Source of the DNA: a virus
DNA length: 64,000 nt
Virus record (IMG/VR): IMGVR_UViG_3300009008_002419
Coordinates: 29,804-93,803 of that record
Direction: 5' to 3' (one strand)
Part shown: positions 45,277-55,696 of the stretch, in pieces
Layout of the letters: every line of letters begins with the position of its first letter
How positions within the stretch are numbered: position 1 is the stretch's first letter
The notes under the pieces: generated by a model
Told to the model about the DNA's origin: nothing
What the model saw: the letters and a program-made list of their open reading frames with translations, nothing else
The model's database searches: none
Position numbers and translations under genes: made by a program

Positions 45277-46560
45277 ATGGCTGTTGAAATTGTAAACTAT
45301 GTAAGAGAACGAATTAAACAACTTAATCCAGAGATTGATGTAAGACCTGGAAGTGTAGTTTCTGACCTCTTAATAAATCCTCTAGTATCAATTTTGAAGG
45401 ATTATACTACCAAGCAAGACCTAATCTTAAATAACCAGTCTTTGGAAGATTTAAGTTTAATTAGTGAAGAGGCAATGGACGCAATTGCCGCTAATTTCCT
45501 AATGGAGCGTAATACTGGAGCATACTCGACTGGTACTGTAGTCTTGTATTTTAATGAGCCTAGAACACTTACAATTCCTATTGGAACTCAGTTTTCTGAC
45601 TCTACTGGAAATAAAGTGTTTGAGACTACAATTAATTACTCGATTACTCAAGGAACAATGGTCCTAAATCGAGATGATTATCCTTATTATAATACTGGTC
45701 CCATTGCTATTAGAGGAATTCAAGCGGGGGAAAATTATAATGTTGCTGCTAATGCAATTGTAAGAAACTTATCTCTAGCAATCACTCCTGCCAGAATAAC
45801 AAATTTAGAAGCTACAAGTGCTGGAACTGATAGAGAGACTAATGCGGAATTTTATGAACGTATTATAACATCCTTTTATAACCCAACTACTGCATCTGTA
45901 GCAGGTATTGAGAAGCTTTTAGCAGACAACTTCTCAGGATTAACTGATGTTGTGATTGTTGGTGCAGGCGATGAAGCAATGAAGCGTGACATTGTTGAAG
46001 AGTATCAGTTAGTCGAAGACTTAAAAACAGAAGACTATTACTTAGTTTATTCTGGAGAACATACTTATCCGAGTAAAGAACATTTAGCCTTAACTGGCAA
46101 TTTTGTTGACATTGATGAAACTGAGCAAGTCTCACTTCCCTCTCCCACTGCTTTTTCAGGAGAGTTCTCAAATGAGCTTTATAAAGGTCTGTACTTTAGA
46201 GATGATCCACTCTATGCACAAGAAGATGAATATACAATTGTTCAGGAATACTTTGAGGATGTAGGAGATCCTAATGTTCAGATTGATCTACAAACTGTGC
46301 TTGCTAGTGGGCAGTGGTTAGTTAACGATGGTACTAATCCTACGCATACACTTTATTATATTGATGAAGTAAATGTAGAAAATGGATACCTACGATTAGG
46401 TAAGTACTATGATTTTACAAACTTAGATCCAAACGTTATATTACCATACTCCACAATTAACGGATTGTTCACATACTTATCTGAATTACTAGATGTAGTT
46501 GTAACAGATAATGAAGAAATTGATGACGATCCATTTGAAGATGGAGGAGAAAGCGCCTAA
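45277..46560 (+). CDS. Baseplate J-like protein, N-terminal part
   Basis: DVRPGSVVSDLL, IPIGTQF, GENYNV, AGTDRETNAEFYERI, VVIVGAGD..MKRD. Confidence 0.82.
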   Translation: MAVEIVNYVRERIKQLNPEIDVRPGSVVSDLLINPLVSILKDYTTKQDLILNNQSLEDLSLISEEAMDAIAANFLMERNTGAYSTGTVVLYFNEPRTLTIPIGTQFSDSTGNKVFETTINYSITQGTMVLNRDDYPYYNTGPIAIRGIQAGENYNVAANAIVRNLSLAITPARITNLEATSAGTDRETNAEFYERIITSFYNPTTASVAGIEKLLADNFSGLTDVVIVGAGDEAMKRDIVEEYQLVEDLKTEDYYLVYSGEHTYPSKEHLALTGNFVDIDETEQVSLPSPTAFSGEFSNELYKGLYFRDDPLYAQEDEYTIVQEYFEDVGDPNVQIDLQTVLASGQWLVNDGTNPTHTLYYIDEVNVENGYLRLGKYYDFTNLDPNVILPYSTINGLFTYLSELLDVVVTDNEEIDDDPFEDGGESA

Positions 46561-48515
46561 TGGAAAATTATATTTTACAAATCTTCAATCAATTTGGTGA
46601 TTTATTAGAGGAAGAAAATCTTAATAATCTTGCTCCAATTTTTCATAAAAAATTAGACCAGCACACAGGAATACAAGTTTCAGGACGATTTAATACAACC
46701 GATGACACCGAATTCGGAGAGATGTCTTACATCACTGCAATGCGTAATGCCTCTACTTATGCTCCGCATGATGGTTTTGGTATAGCTTGGAAGAAACAAC
46801 CTGCATATTTAATTGATTGTGCAAATAACGGATTAAGTGCCACTGACGCTCATCAAACAGATTTTTATGAAGTGTATGGTGTAACTGTAACAGAAGCTAT
46901 TACTCAACTTGGTTCAGCTGCTGCTCTCAAAGAACCTGACAATGGATACTTAAAGTATAATGTGTATTTAGTTGATAATGATATTCTTCAAGAAGAAGTA
47001 TGGATTAGTACTGAAAAACTTTGGGATCAAACAGGTGGAAAGAACCAATTCTTGCAGGCTGCAAAAGTTTGGATAGAGCCAAATACTTGGTATGAATACA
47101 ACTTTAAAATTTATGAAAAACTAGCTGTAGACGCTTGGGTTTGGGATCCGCTCTTAGATCCAGCTGGAGACAGCTTGTTAAATGAAAATCGTACGCTATC
47201 ACGCGGACAAACTTACCCTCCGTATGTTCCACAAGCAGCGGGAGATCACTTCGGTATTGCTGTAGCACAGACTAGAAATAATGAGTGGTATTATGATAAC
47301 TTGTTAATACGCTCGTTTGCTGAAACTTTCCCAATGCAGTTATTTAAGTTTAAGCCTACTTCAGAATACTTTACAAATAGCGGGCCACTCACACTTACTT
47401 ACTATGGAGTTGGTTATGATCCAACTCAATACGCAATTGATGATGCTGGCCACAGTCGTACACGACTGTGGGTACGAAACTATACCACAAGTGCATGGGA
47501 GTACGTAGGAGGACACACGGCTACTATTGATGGCTCTAGAGCTGAACAACGAATTAATGGATCCTTTACACCTTTAAGTGACTATAAAGATTTAAATGGT
47601 TATATTAATGTTCTTGCACACGCAGCTAATTCAGGCCCTCGTCCTGGAGCTGGTTATGATATTAACCAAGATAACGCATATGTATCTAATGTAACTGAGT
47701 ATGATCCAGAAACTCAAACTTATATTTATGTAACCAATGATTTCTCTGAGGACTCTAATCATTCAATCAGAACATACTATGCTAGTTGTTCTAACTTTGA
47801 ATTAGAAGGAGTTCACAAAGGTAACTCAATTGATGTTTATTGTCACGAACCTTCAAATATTCAATACGGTGTTTTAACCACTGTACTAACTGGAAACAAC
47901 CTTTATATACAAGATTTGTTCTCGACTGTTACGGGGCCGATACAAGAAATTACTGCATTACGATTGCATTTATCACAAACTGAATTAGATGAAGATTCTT
48001 ATAGTATAGCAAGTGTAAATACTGGATATGAATTTTCAACTGATGCAAATTACAAAATTAGTTTTAACACTACTGATGATTTAACTGGAACTATTATTGA
48101 CATTATTTATAAGTATTGGGCCACAGGGGATGATATTGAATCTTTCATTAATAGCGATGAACATCGCTTCCCTGGGACTGACTACTTAGTCAAAACTATG
48201 CCTCCTGCAATTGTTAATGTTAGTAATCTTTCATACTCAGGCGGACTTGAAGAAAACTTAATGAGAGAAGCACTTGCAGCATATATTAACGCTCTTACTG
48301 ATACTCGGTTAGATAAATCCGATATTGTAGCATTCTTATACACACAAGGTGCAGATTTTGTAGATACTGATATGAGTATAACAATAAGACGATACTCATA
48401 TAATTATGATCTTTATACTGATACGCTAACAAGCACTAGTTATGAAATTCCAAGTACAGACATTGGGCGTTTCTATACTGACAAACAAGAACTCCTGGGA
48501 CTAAATAAAATTTAG
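46560..48515 (+). CDS. Baseplate wedge protein (lectin-like insert plus baseplate J C-terminal part)
   Basis: Beta-sandwich pattern N-terminally; IDVYC and FINSDEHRFPGTDYLVK...YINAL...LDKSDIV resemble J C-termini; TAATG overlap. Confidence 0.6.
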   Translation: MENYILQIFNQFGDLLEEENLNNLAPIFHKKLDQHTGIQVSGRFNTTDDTEFGEMSYITAMRNASTYAPHDGFGIAWKKQPAYLIDCANNGLSATDAHQTDFYEVYGVTVTEAITQLGSAAALKEPDNGYLKYNVYLVDNDILQEEVWISTEKLWDQTGGKNQFLQAAKVWIEPNTWYEYNFKIYEKLAVDAWVWDPLLDPAGDSLLNENRTLSRGQTYPPYVPQAAGDHFGIAVAQTRNNEWYYDNLLIRSFAETFPMQLFKFKPTSEYFTNSGPLTLTYYGVGYDPTQYAIDDAGHSRTRLWVRNYTTSAWEYVGGHTATIDGSRAEQRINGSFTPLSDYKDLNGYINVLAHAANSGPRPGAGYDINQDNAYVSNVTEYDPETQTYIYVTNDFSEDSNHSIRTYYASCSNFELEGVHKGNSIDVYCHEPSNIQYGVLTTVLTGNNLYIQDLFSTVTGPIQEITALRLHLSQTELDEDSYSIASVNTGYEFSTDANYKISFNTTDDLTGTIIDIIYKYWATGDDIESFINSDEHRFPGTDYLVKTMPPAIVNVSNLSYSGGLEENLMREALAAYINALTDTRLDKSDIVAFLYTQGADFVDTDMSITIRRYSYNYDLYTDTLTSTSYEIPSTDIGRFYTDKQELLGLNKI

Positions 48516-48522
48516 GTGATAC

Positions 48523-51500
48523 ATGTTTAATCCGTCTTTAACGTTTGAAATTAAAGCTCTCTGGGATTATACGTCGTCGTTCTATAATCTTATGTACGAC
48601 AGCGATAGAGAGGTAATTGAAGATTATTGGACTGCTCTATTAGAGGGGATCCGAGGTCTTCATTATGACCTGTATCAATATAATTTATTAAAAGCGCTGG
48701 ATTACTCTCGTGGTTATTTAGAGAATGTGTATAAGTACTATGACATTTACTTAGAGGATGATTATGCAGAAGAGCGTGGACGATTAGAAGAAAAAATACT
48801 AAAGGTACACGAGTTTAATGGAGTTCTTTATGCATTAACTTCTAAACGAATTTACAAGAGCACAGATCAAGAAAGATGGGAAGATACTACTCTAAATCTG
48901 TTTGGCCAGACTTTTGTTTGTAAAGATTTAACAGATGATGGTACTACTTTATTTTTATTAACAAGTCTAGGTGTTTATAAAAAAGAAACTGCACAATGGA
49001 CCTCTGTTTATTCTTCAACTGCTTTTGATAAAATTGCAGCTCATGATACATCAATTGCAGCCATTTCAAATACAAATAATAAAGTTTATTTAGGGGATTT
49101 AAACTATCTTACTGAATATACCTTTACTGATTTGTCTACTAAAGAAAATTATACTTATTCGGGCGAAACTCTGTACTCGACTGAATGGGTAAATGACTAC
49201 TTAACGATAGGTACTGATGCAGGTCTTTATGTTTATGACCCAAACATATTACAGGGCGACATAGGAACTTACGGAGAATGGTTAACTATTTCTGGCGAAC
49301 TTGAGCCAGAACATTGTGTTTCGTTAATTGCTGATCCTGTATCAAGTAATAGTTTATATGTTGGAAGTCCTGATGGTTTATACTCGTATACAATTTCTGG
49401 TGAGTGGGATGAAGTCACAACTGCCATAATTGTGTCAGGTCAGGATTCTGTTGATGCACTAGAAGTTTATGAGTCTGGAATTGTGGCTTCAACTATTACA
49501 GGTGTATTCTATGCTGAAGATGCAGGTAGTACATTTACAAACATCTCTTCTACTCTTGATAGTAGTAAGCCTTTAACACTAGAAGTAATCTCAGGAACAG
49601 TATATGCAGGAACTATTGATGGAGTATACAAAACTATACTACCAAATGATAACTGGTCTAAATTTAGTGCTGGCTATTACTACTATGAACTTCCTGGTAA
49701 TGATCTTTATTTAAGTGTTCCCACATTAAGTGGTGAAACTACTGGGCAACTTCTTGTAGAAGGTACAGACTATGAACTATACCAAATGCGCTATATCAAA
49801 TTCTTTGATGAGTTTGAAACAAGCGATCTTGAAATTTTAAATGGAGAAAGATTTTTAAGTACAAGTAATTTAATCTTAGCTCCTACTCTTAAAAATATAT
49901 TCTTCCCTGGATTTGGAGAAACATCTCCAACAACTTTAATTGAAAATGGTGAGTACCCTCCTTATCTGAGTGGAGTAGATGAAGATTTACTAACAAACTA
50001 TGAGTATAAGCAATACTATGCTCAGCATTTGATGAACTGGACACACGCTTTAAGCGCCAAACTTCGTCATCCACCTACAGTGGAAACTTTAACAGATATT
50101 TATGGGTATATTAAAGGATTGCCCTTCACTTATGAAGATAGTTGGTTCGAGTCTACATGGTCTGGAGAAGATTCAACTTTTGCTAAGTTTGTAACTTCAG
50201 GCAGCACAGATTATGTTGTTTATGAAATTCCATATCCACTTGAATACTTTGAATATGAGTATGGTGACTATGTAGATAAGTATGACTTAATTGGTTCAGG
50301 TATTAATATTGTTGATTATGTTAAAGACATTACGCTGATTAGCGGTATGCTTGAAGAGAATGGTGATGAGATTACAGTTCTCACACTTAAAAACTTACTC
50401 TTCTTACAGGAAACTAATAGGCTCTACTTAGCTGGTATTAAAGAAAAAAATAATGATAATATTATTGAGCAATTTACAACCAAAATTGCACCTTTAGGAT
50501 TAACACAATTAGTTGGTAATCGTGAACCGCAAGTTACATTAACTGAAGATCTGTTAATTTATGAGCCAAGTGGTTTATCAATTGAAGTTCCTATTATAGT
50601 TGAAGATGCCGAAGATGATATCCTTACTTATAAATTACGCTTCAACTCACCAACTTATGAGTACTTAACAGAGAGTGGTTTAAGTGTTACTGTTACAGGC
50701 GCACAAACTGTTCTACCTACATATGTGCCGGATCAACGCCCTCCTGTAGATACAAGTTATAGATTTACTGTTGAAGTAGATGATATTTATCATACAGTAG
50801 AAACGGCTGCAAGAAACTTTGTTTCAGGAGATGTTCCTTTTGTACAATGGGGACAGCCTGACTATGGGTTTGATGATGAGTTTGCAATTGCAGACTGTGA
50901 TATTGAGTACTTATACCTTAGTGGTATTAGTGCAAGCGGTATGGAAATCAACTTTAATCAACCGTTTCTAATTGAAGATACAGAACATTACCCAAAAGAT
51001 TTCTGTATCCTAAAAGATGATACTAACCTTTATCATGTTTACGCTCTTAGAAACAAAATTACAAAAGACTCATATCCGCCTTGGTCAAATTTAGTTGGTG
51101 ATGAACCTTATTTTGGTCATTGGACGAGCTATGATTTACGGAACTGGACAAGCCAGGATCCTGTTTTACCTTGTGATGAGGGCGAATCGTGGGAAAGAAC
51201 TTATGTGTGGGCACCTGATACAATTCGCAATCCCTTTAACACTACTGAAGGACATGCACTGTATGGCTTAGGTACCTACATAATGCTTTACACTGGCGTT
51301 GATAACGGTGATCCTGATCCAGGAGATCCTGGCTGGATCAACCAAAAAATGGGGTTAGCATTTAGCGATGATGGATTTACTTGGACACGCTATGCAAATA
51401 ACCCTGTCATTGATCCTACTGACTGGCACTATGATGGTAGCTCTGATAAATGGATGCATTATTTACCAGATGATGACACAAAACCCTGGAATGGAGTATT

Positions 51501-53049
51501 CCGTGACCCATCTATTGTAGGACCAATAGATGTTAATGGTACAAATACTTGGTATGTTGTTAATACTGCTGAAGTTTATATTAATGGGGTTAATACTTAT
51601 CAAGGTTTATCAATAGCGTCAACAACTGATTTTATAACATGGACTGATTTAGGTGAGCCCTTACTATTACGTGATGATTCTCCTGATACAAGTGCTCATT
51701 TACCTGAAAGTGCTGCTCTATTTTATGCAGATGGGGAATGGCATTTATTTTTCGTTGATATTGCTGGCGATGGTTATGCACAGACAAACCACACCACTAG
51801 CGATAGCCTGTTAACAGGGTGGAACTCTCCTTATGATACCGATGGTTTATCTTCGACATACGACAGAGCGTTACAAACTATTGAGTTCTATGAAGATACC
51901 ACATTTGGCAACGAGTTTATTATGGCTGGTAAACGAACTTGTACTGGCGGGCCTGGGCGTGGTTATTTAACATTCTTAGGAGCTGACTTTACTGTAGGCG
52001 ATCCATATACCGTGTATGATAGTTTAAATTATACTGCTAGTTCATCAGCAATGGAAAACTTAATTGCTATAACTGGTAGTGGTTCTATTGATGCAAATCT
52101 GACTTGGACTGTATATGATGTAGATATTCTTGAAGTTGAAGACCCCGAGGCAGTGTATGATCAAACAGTTTCTGGATTAACGCCAAATGGAGTTGGTGAA
52201 TATAAATTAATACCTGATGGCTGTGATTGGGAAGATGCTACTGCAATTCAAATGTCACTAACAGACAAAGACAGTGAAGATGCCAGTGATGTATTATTAG
52301 GTCAAGATGGGTTGTTTGATATGTTTACAGTGACATATAGTGGAGTAACTGACACATTCTTAGGACAAACACGAACAACTTATAGTGGGTATGTAGAATA
52401 CACAATTCATCCTGCAGTAATAATTGAGTTCACAGGTGCCCCCGAAGATGGAACAGATCTTACAATTTCTTATAATGAAACACAACCAACAGCACTACAA
52501 GCATTTAATTATCAGCCAACAATAGGGGATGGTCCTTTAGAGCGTAATGGTATTTCAAGTAATATGACAGGAAATGCTTACATTGCTACACGAGAAAAAC
52601 ATTACACACCTTATTATGATGACCCTACCAGTACATACGGATTAGGCAAAGCTTGGGATCCGGATGATTGTTTAGGTTGGGCAAAATCTAGCACCTTTAC
52701 AATTCAGAAAAACAGGGTCGCTTTGATGGTTGGCGGTGGAAACCATCCCAACACAGAATTCGTAGCACTAGTAGATGCTGATACTGACAAAATTTTATTT
52801 AAAGAAACTGGCGAAGACTCAGACGTAATGAGTGAACGAATTTGGAATACAACACTTTTACGTGGAAGAAATGTTTACTTTGTTATTGCCGATCTAACTC
52901 CTGACACGTGGGGATTCATCTCATGTGATGCAATTCATGAATACACTGAGTCAGACCCTGATAACGATTCGTCTACAGCAGTGGAACCAATGGGCGACGA
53001 TGCACCATTAATTTCAACTTTAACAGACATTACCGTTGACTTAAGCTAA
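48523..53049 (+). CDS. Giant baseplate-associated protein with beta-propeller, GH32/GH43-like glycosidase and carbohydrate-binding-like domains
   Basis: GLYVY/GVYK propeller repeats; HWTSYDLRNW, WAPD, AFSDDGFTW, FRDP, PES; C-terminal SSTFTI...VGGG...WGFISCDAI. Confidence 0.75.
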   Translation: MFNPSLTFEIKALWDYTSSFYNLMYDSDREVIEDYWTALLEGIRGLHYDLYQYNLLKALDYSRGYLENVYKYYDIYLEDDYAEERGRLEEKILKVHEFNGVLYALTSKRIYKSTDQERWEDTTLNLFGQTFVCKDLTDDGTTLFLLTSLGVYKKETAQWTSVYSSTAFDKIAAHDTSIAAISNTNNKVYLGDLNYLTEYTFTDLSTKENYTYSGETLYSTEWVNDYLTIGTDAGLYVYDPNILQGDIGTYGEWLTISGELEPEHCVSLIADPVSSNSLYVGSPDGLYSYTISGEWDEVTTAIIVSGQDSVDALEVYESGIVASTITGVFYAEDAGSTFTNISSTLDSSKPLTLEVISGTVYAGTIDGVYKTILPNDNWSKFSAGYYYYELPGNDLYLSVPTLSGETTGQLLVEGTDYELYQMRYIKFFDEFETSDLEILNGERFLSTSNLILAPTLKNIFFPGFGETSPTTLIENGEYPPYLSGVDEDLLTNYEYKQYYAQHLMNWTHALSAKLRHPPTVETLTDIYGYIKGLPFTYEDSWFESTWSGEDSTFAKFVTSGSTDYVVYEIPYPLEYFEYEYGDYVDKYDLIGSGINIVDYVKDITLISGMLEENGDEITVLTLKNLLFLQETNRLYLAGIKEKNNDNIIEQFTTKIAPLGLTQLVGNREPQVTLTEDLLIYEPSGLSIEVPIIVEDAEDDILTYKLRFNSPTYEYLTESGLSVTVTGAQTVLPTYVPDQRPPVDTSYRFTVEVDDIYHTVETAARNFVSGDVPFVQWGQPDYGFDDEFAIADCDIEYLYLSGISASGMEINFNQPFLIEDTEHYPKDFCILKDDTNLYHVYALRNKITKDSYPPWSNLVGDEPYFGHWTSYDLRNWTSQDPVLPCDEGESWERTYVWAPDTIRNPFNTTEGHALYGLGTYIMLYTGVDNGDPDPGDPGWINQKMGLAFSDDGFTWTRYANNPVIDPTDWHYDGSSDKWMHYLPDDDTKPWNGVFRDPSIVGPIDVNGTNTWYVVNTAEVYINGVNTYQGLSIASTTDFITWTDLGEPLLLRDDSPDTSAHLPESAALFYADGEWHLFFVDIAGDGYAQTNHTTSDSLLTGWNSPYDTDGLSSTYDRALQTIEFYEDTTFGNEFIMAGKRTCTGGPGRGYLTFLGADFTVGDPYTVYDSLNYTASSSAMENLIAITGSGSIDANLTWTVYDVDILEVEDPEAVYDQTVSGLTPNGVGEYKLIPDGCDWEDATAIQMSLTDKDSEDASDVLLGQDGLFDMFTVTYSGVTDTFLGQTRTTYSGYVEYTIHPAVIIEFTGAPEDGTDLTISYNETQPTALQAFNYQPTIGDGPLERNGISSNMTGNAYIATREKHYTPYYDDPTSTYGLGKAWDPDDCLGWAKSSTFTIQKNRVALMVGGGNHPNTEFVALVDADTDKILFKETGEDSDVMSERIWNTTLLRGRNVYFVIADLTPDTWGFISCDAIHEYTESDPDNDSSTAVEPMGDDAPLISTLTDITVDLS

Positions 53050-53064
53050 CAAAAATTTTATATT
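53036..53064 (+). promoter_or_regulatory. Sigma70-type promoter
   Basis: TTGACT-N17-TATATT upstream of 53106; GAGGA RBS. Confidence 0.65.
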
Positions 53065-53105
53065 TAATACAATAGTAACAGTTTATAAATCATGAGGATA
53101 AACAT

Positions 53106-55676
53106 ATGGCAAATATAGATGGCTATGATGTTCTAATAACTGACACGCCAAACGAGGGGCGGGTTAAGTGGAATACAGCTGACCAAATAATCAATAGTGG
53201 ACTAGAAGAGCATGAAGATGCCAGTGATGAAGTTCATGGTTTAGGAGCTGGTGAGGATGTTGTAGGTACCTCTACAGAGCAAGAGCTCACTAATAAAACA
53301 ATTGATATTGAGCAAAATACTTTTGAAAATTGGCCTGATTCGCTTACTACACTAACCTTCTCTACAGACGATGAAACTGTCTCTGCCGCCGGTAGCGTCA
53401 CTATGTCTGGGATGAACGGTATTGAAGTTTTAGGTGACGACTCTGAGGATTCCATCGCTTTTGGGCTGGAAGAAGCTCTAATTATTAATCATAGTGATGG
53501 TAGTCAAACTGTTACCATTAAAACAGACACACTAGCAGCCGGAGATACCCTAACGGTTGGCGGACAGACTTCAATTCTTGATAATCTTAATGTCTATAAT
53601 GCCACAGCGACACTAGAAGTTGGTGTTAGTACATCTGAGTGTCTATCCTTTACAAAAAATGCTCTGGCAGCAACTGACGGTTTGGGTATTACAAGTACTG
53701 ATTCTATCACATTTAATACTAACGATTTAGTCATTGATCCAGCAAGTAGTAGGGTCGGAATAGGAACAGCTTCACCTTCGGTGACATTGGATGTTGCGGG
53801 ACAGGCTAACGTTGGAGGGTCTAGCGCTTATTTAAATATTAATTCCGCCGCTGTAACTTCAGCTGGAACTGCAACAAACTTTATTTTAGACACAATTAAT
53901 GTTTCGGATTCTATGTTATTTAAAGTTGGTGGAACACTACAATTAACTCTAACAAGTACTACTGCAACCTTTGAGCAAGATGTGGTACTTGACGAAAATA
54001 TTCTTTTAAGTACCCAAAATAATCAGCAATTTGCTTACTATGGTCAAGGATCCAGTAATGTAATTGAGTTAGAATTTGAATCAGATGGCACACTTGATAT
54101 CCAAACTGGTACTGGAGGGTCTGCACCAACATCAGCATTAGAGATTAGTGCAACATCGATAACTGCTAATAAAACATTCATTGCTGAGACTCTTGGCGGT
54201 ACACTAGGAAATATTGAAACTTTTTATAATATCTTTGATAGTAGCTGGAGTACTTACAGTGCGGGAGATATTGAGATTGCAACTGGACTAGGAAGCGGTA
54301 CACGAGTATTAACTACTGCTGATTTAGGTGGAAGTGAAAATATTCCTGAAATACAATCTTTAACCTTAACTGGGACGCCCTATCAAATTGTAGTAAATCC
54401 TGACAGTCCTTTTTATCTAGATAGAGAGGATCCTGTTGAAGTCGAATTTAGGCTTCCAGAAGAAGTCCATGTTGAAGATCGCGTAATTATTGGAACTACT
54501 TCAATCACTGGTGGTTGGGTTGGAGATCAGTATCACTTTGAACAAGAGATTCACGGTGACTCTTACATGCGAAGCATCTATCTTGGAGAACCTTATTCTA
54601 GTGCTAATACTAATAACTTAAATGCTAATGTACACTTAGACTTTTATACTGATCCTACCGTAAGTGACACTAATTGTGGTGCTAAATTTGCCTTTAATGA
54701 TCCGAATAATGATGAATATGAAAAAGAATTTACTCTGGACATGCGTGGCGACGATGCGGACACTGTTAAAAACGGATTTACAATTCGAAAGAACGGCGGT
54801 ACTGATAATACAAGCATCTTTGGTCACTTCTATTGGAATAACGGTGGTCGCTTAAGTGTTAATAAACAGTGGCCGCAGTATACGCTTGATATTGCTGGCG
54901 ATGGTTATGTACAGACAAACTTAACAATTGGCGATACATTAACTACAGTAAATGAATTAGTTCAAGGACGAAGTATAATCAATCGATTAGATGTTCCTCC
55001 TAACACAACAAATCCTAATGGATATGAATACTTTAGCTTTTCACACGGCAGTCATACTGGATTATTTGATGAGGGTTCTTTAGAGCTGTCATTAATTCAT
55101 GAAGATGGGTGGTTTTTGCCCCACTCTGCCTTTGGACCCTCTGGTGGTTTCCAAACTGTCGGATCAGTTCAGGCAATAACTGGGTATGTTTCTGGCGAGT
55201 ATGGTCTTCGTGGAATTGGTGCTACGTATACTGCGCAATCAAATGTAACAGCAGAGCATGGAAATCATTCTGTTGTAACAGCATTAGGTAGCACCGGCTC
55301 AATTACAATGGGCAACGATATTTACTTCTCAAACGGCTACCATTATGTGTTGTTAACAATTAATGATTTACGAAATGCAGACTATACAATTCCAGTAGAA
55401 GCTAACTTTAAATATTTATCAAGCCTGAAAATTGACTGTTACTATGATGTCATGAATAGCTTCTATAATGGTCCTGCTGCAAATGTTGTTTGGTTCTTTA
55501 CAGATGATTCTGGTTCAAATCCCCATGACTATAACACACTTTCATGGGCAGACAAAGAAAACGCTGACCGCATCTTAGTGATGATTGGTCATCCCGAAAC
55601 AGAATATATTGAGAATGCACAGGTAAGAATTAGTTGGACAGCTGAATGGCGCTCAGATTATGGTAGTGGCGCTTAA
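53106..55676 (+). CDS. Tail fibre/spike-like protein
   Basis: Thr/Ser/Gly-rich; RVGIGTASPSVTLDVAG and RLSVNKQWPQYTLDIAG fibre repeats. Confidence 0.7.
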   Translation: MANIDGYDVLITDTPNEGRVKWNTADQIINSGLEEHEDASDEVHGLGAGEDVVGTSTEQELTNKTIDIEQNTFENWPDSLTTLTFSTDDETVSAAGSVTMSGMNGIEVLGDDSEDSIAFGLEEALIINHSDGSQTVTIKTDTLAAGDTLTVGGQTSILDNLNVYNATATLEVGVSTSECLSFTKNALAATDGLGITSTDSITFNTNDLVIDPASSRVGIGTASPSVTLDVAGQANVGGSSAYLNINSAAVTSAGTATNFILDTINVSDSMLFKVGGTLQLTLTSTTATFEQDVVLDENILLSTQNNQQFAYYGQGSSNVIELEFESDGTLDIQTGTGGSAPTSALEISATSITANKTFIAETLGGTLGNIETFYNIFDSSWSTYSAGDIEIATGLGSGTRVLTTADLGGSENIPEIQSLTLTGTPYQIVVNPDSPFYLDREDPVEVEFRLPEEVHVEDRVIIGTTSITGGWVGDQYHFEQEIHGDSYMRSIYLGEPYSSANTNNLNANVHLDFYTDPTVSDTNCGAKFAFNDPNNDEYEKEFTLDMRGDDADTVKNGFTIRKNGGTDNTSIFGHFYWNNGGRLSVNKQWPQYTLDIAGDGYVQTNLTIGDTLTTVNELVQGRSIINRLDVPPNTTNPNGYEYFSFSHGSHTGLFDEGSLELSLIHEDGWFLPHSAFGPSGGFQTVGSVQAITGYVSGEYGLRGIGATYTAQSNVTAEHGNHSVVTALGSTGSITMGNDIYFSNGYHYVLLTINDLRNADYTIPVEANFKYLSSLKIDCYYDVMNSFYNGPAANVVWFFTDDSGSNPHDYNTLSWADKENADRILVMIGHPETEYIENAQVRISWTAEWRSDYGSGA

Positions 55677-55696
55677 TAAATACTCTAGGAGATTAA

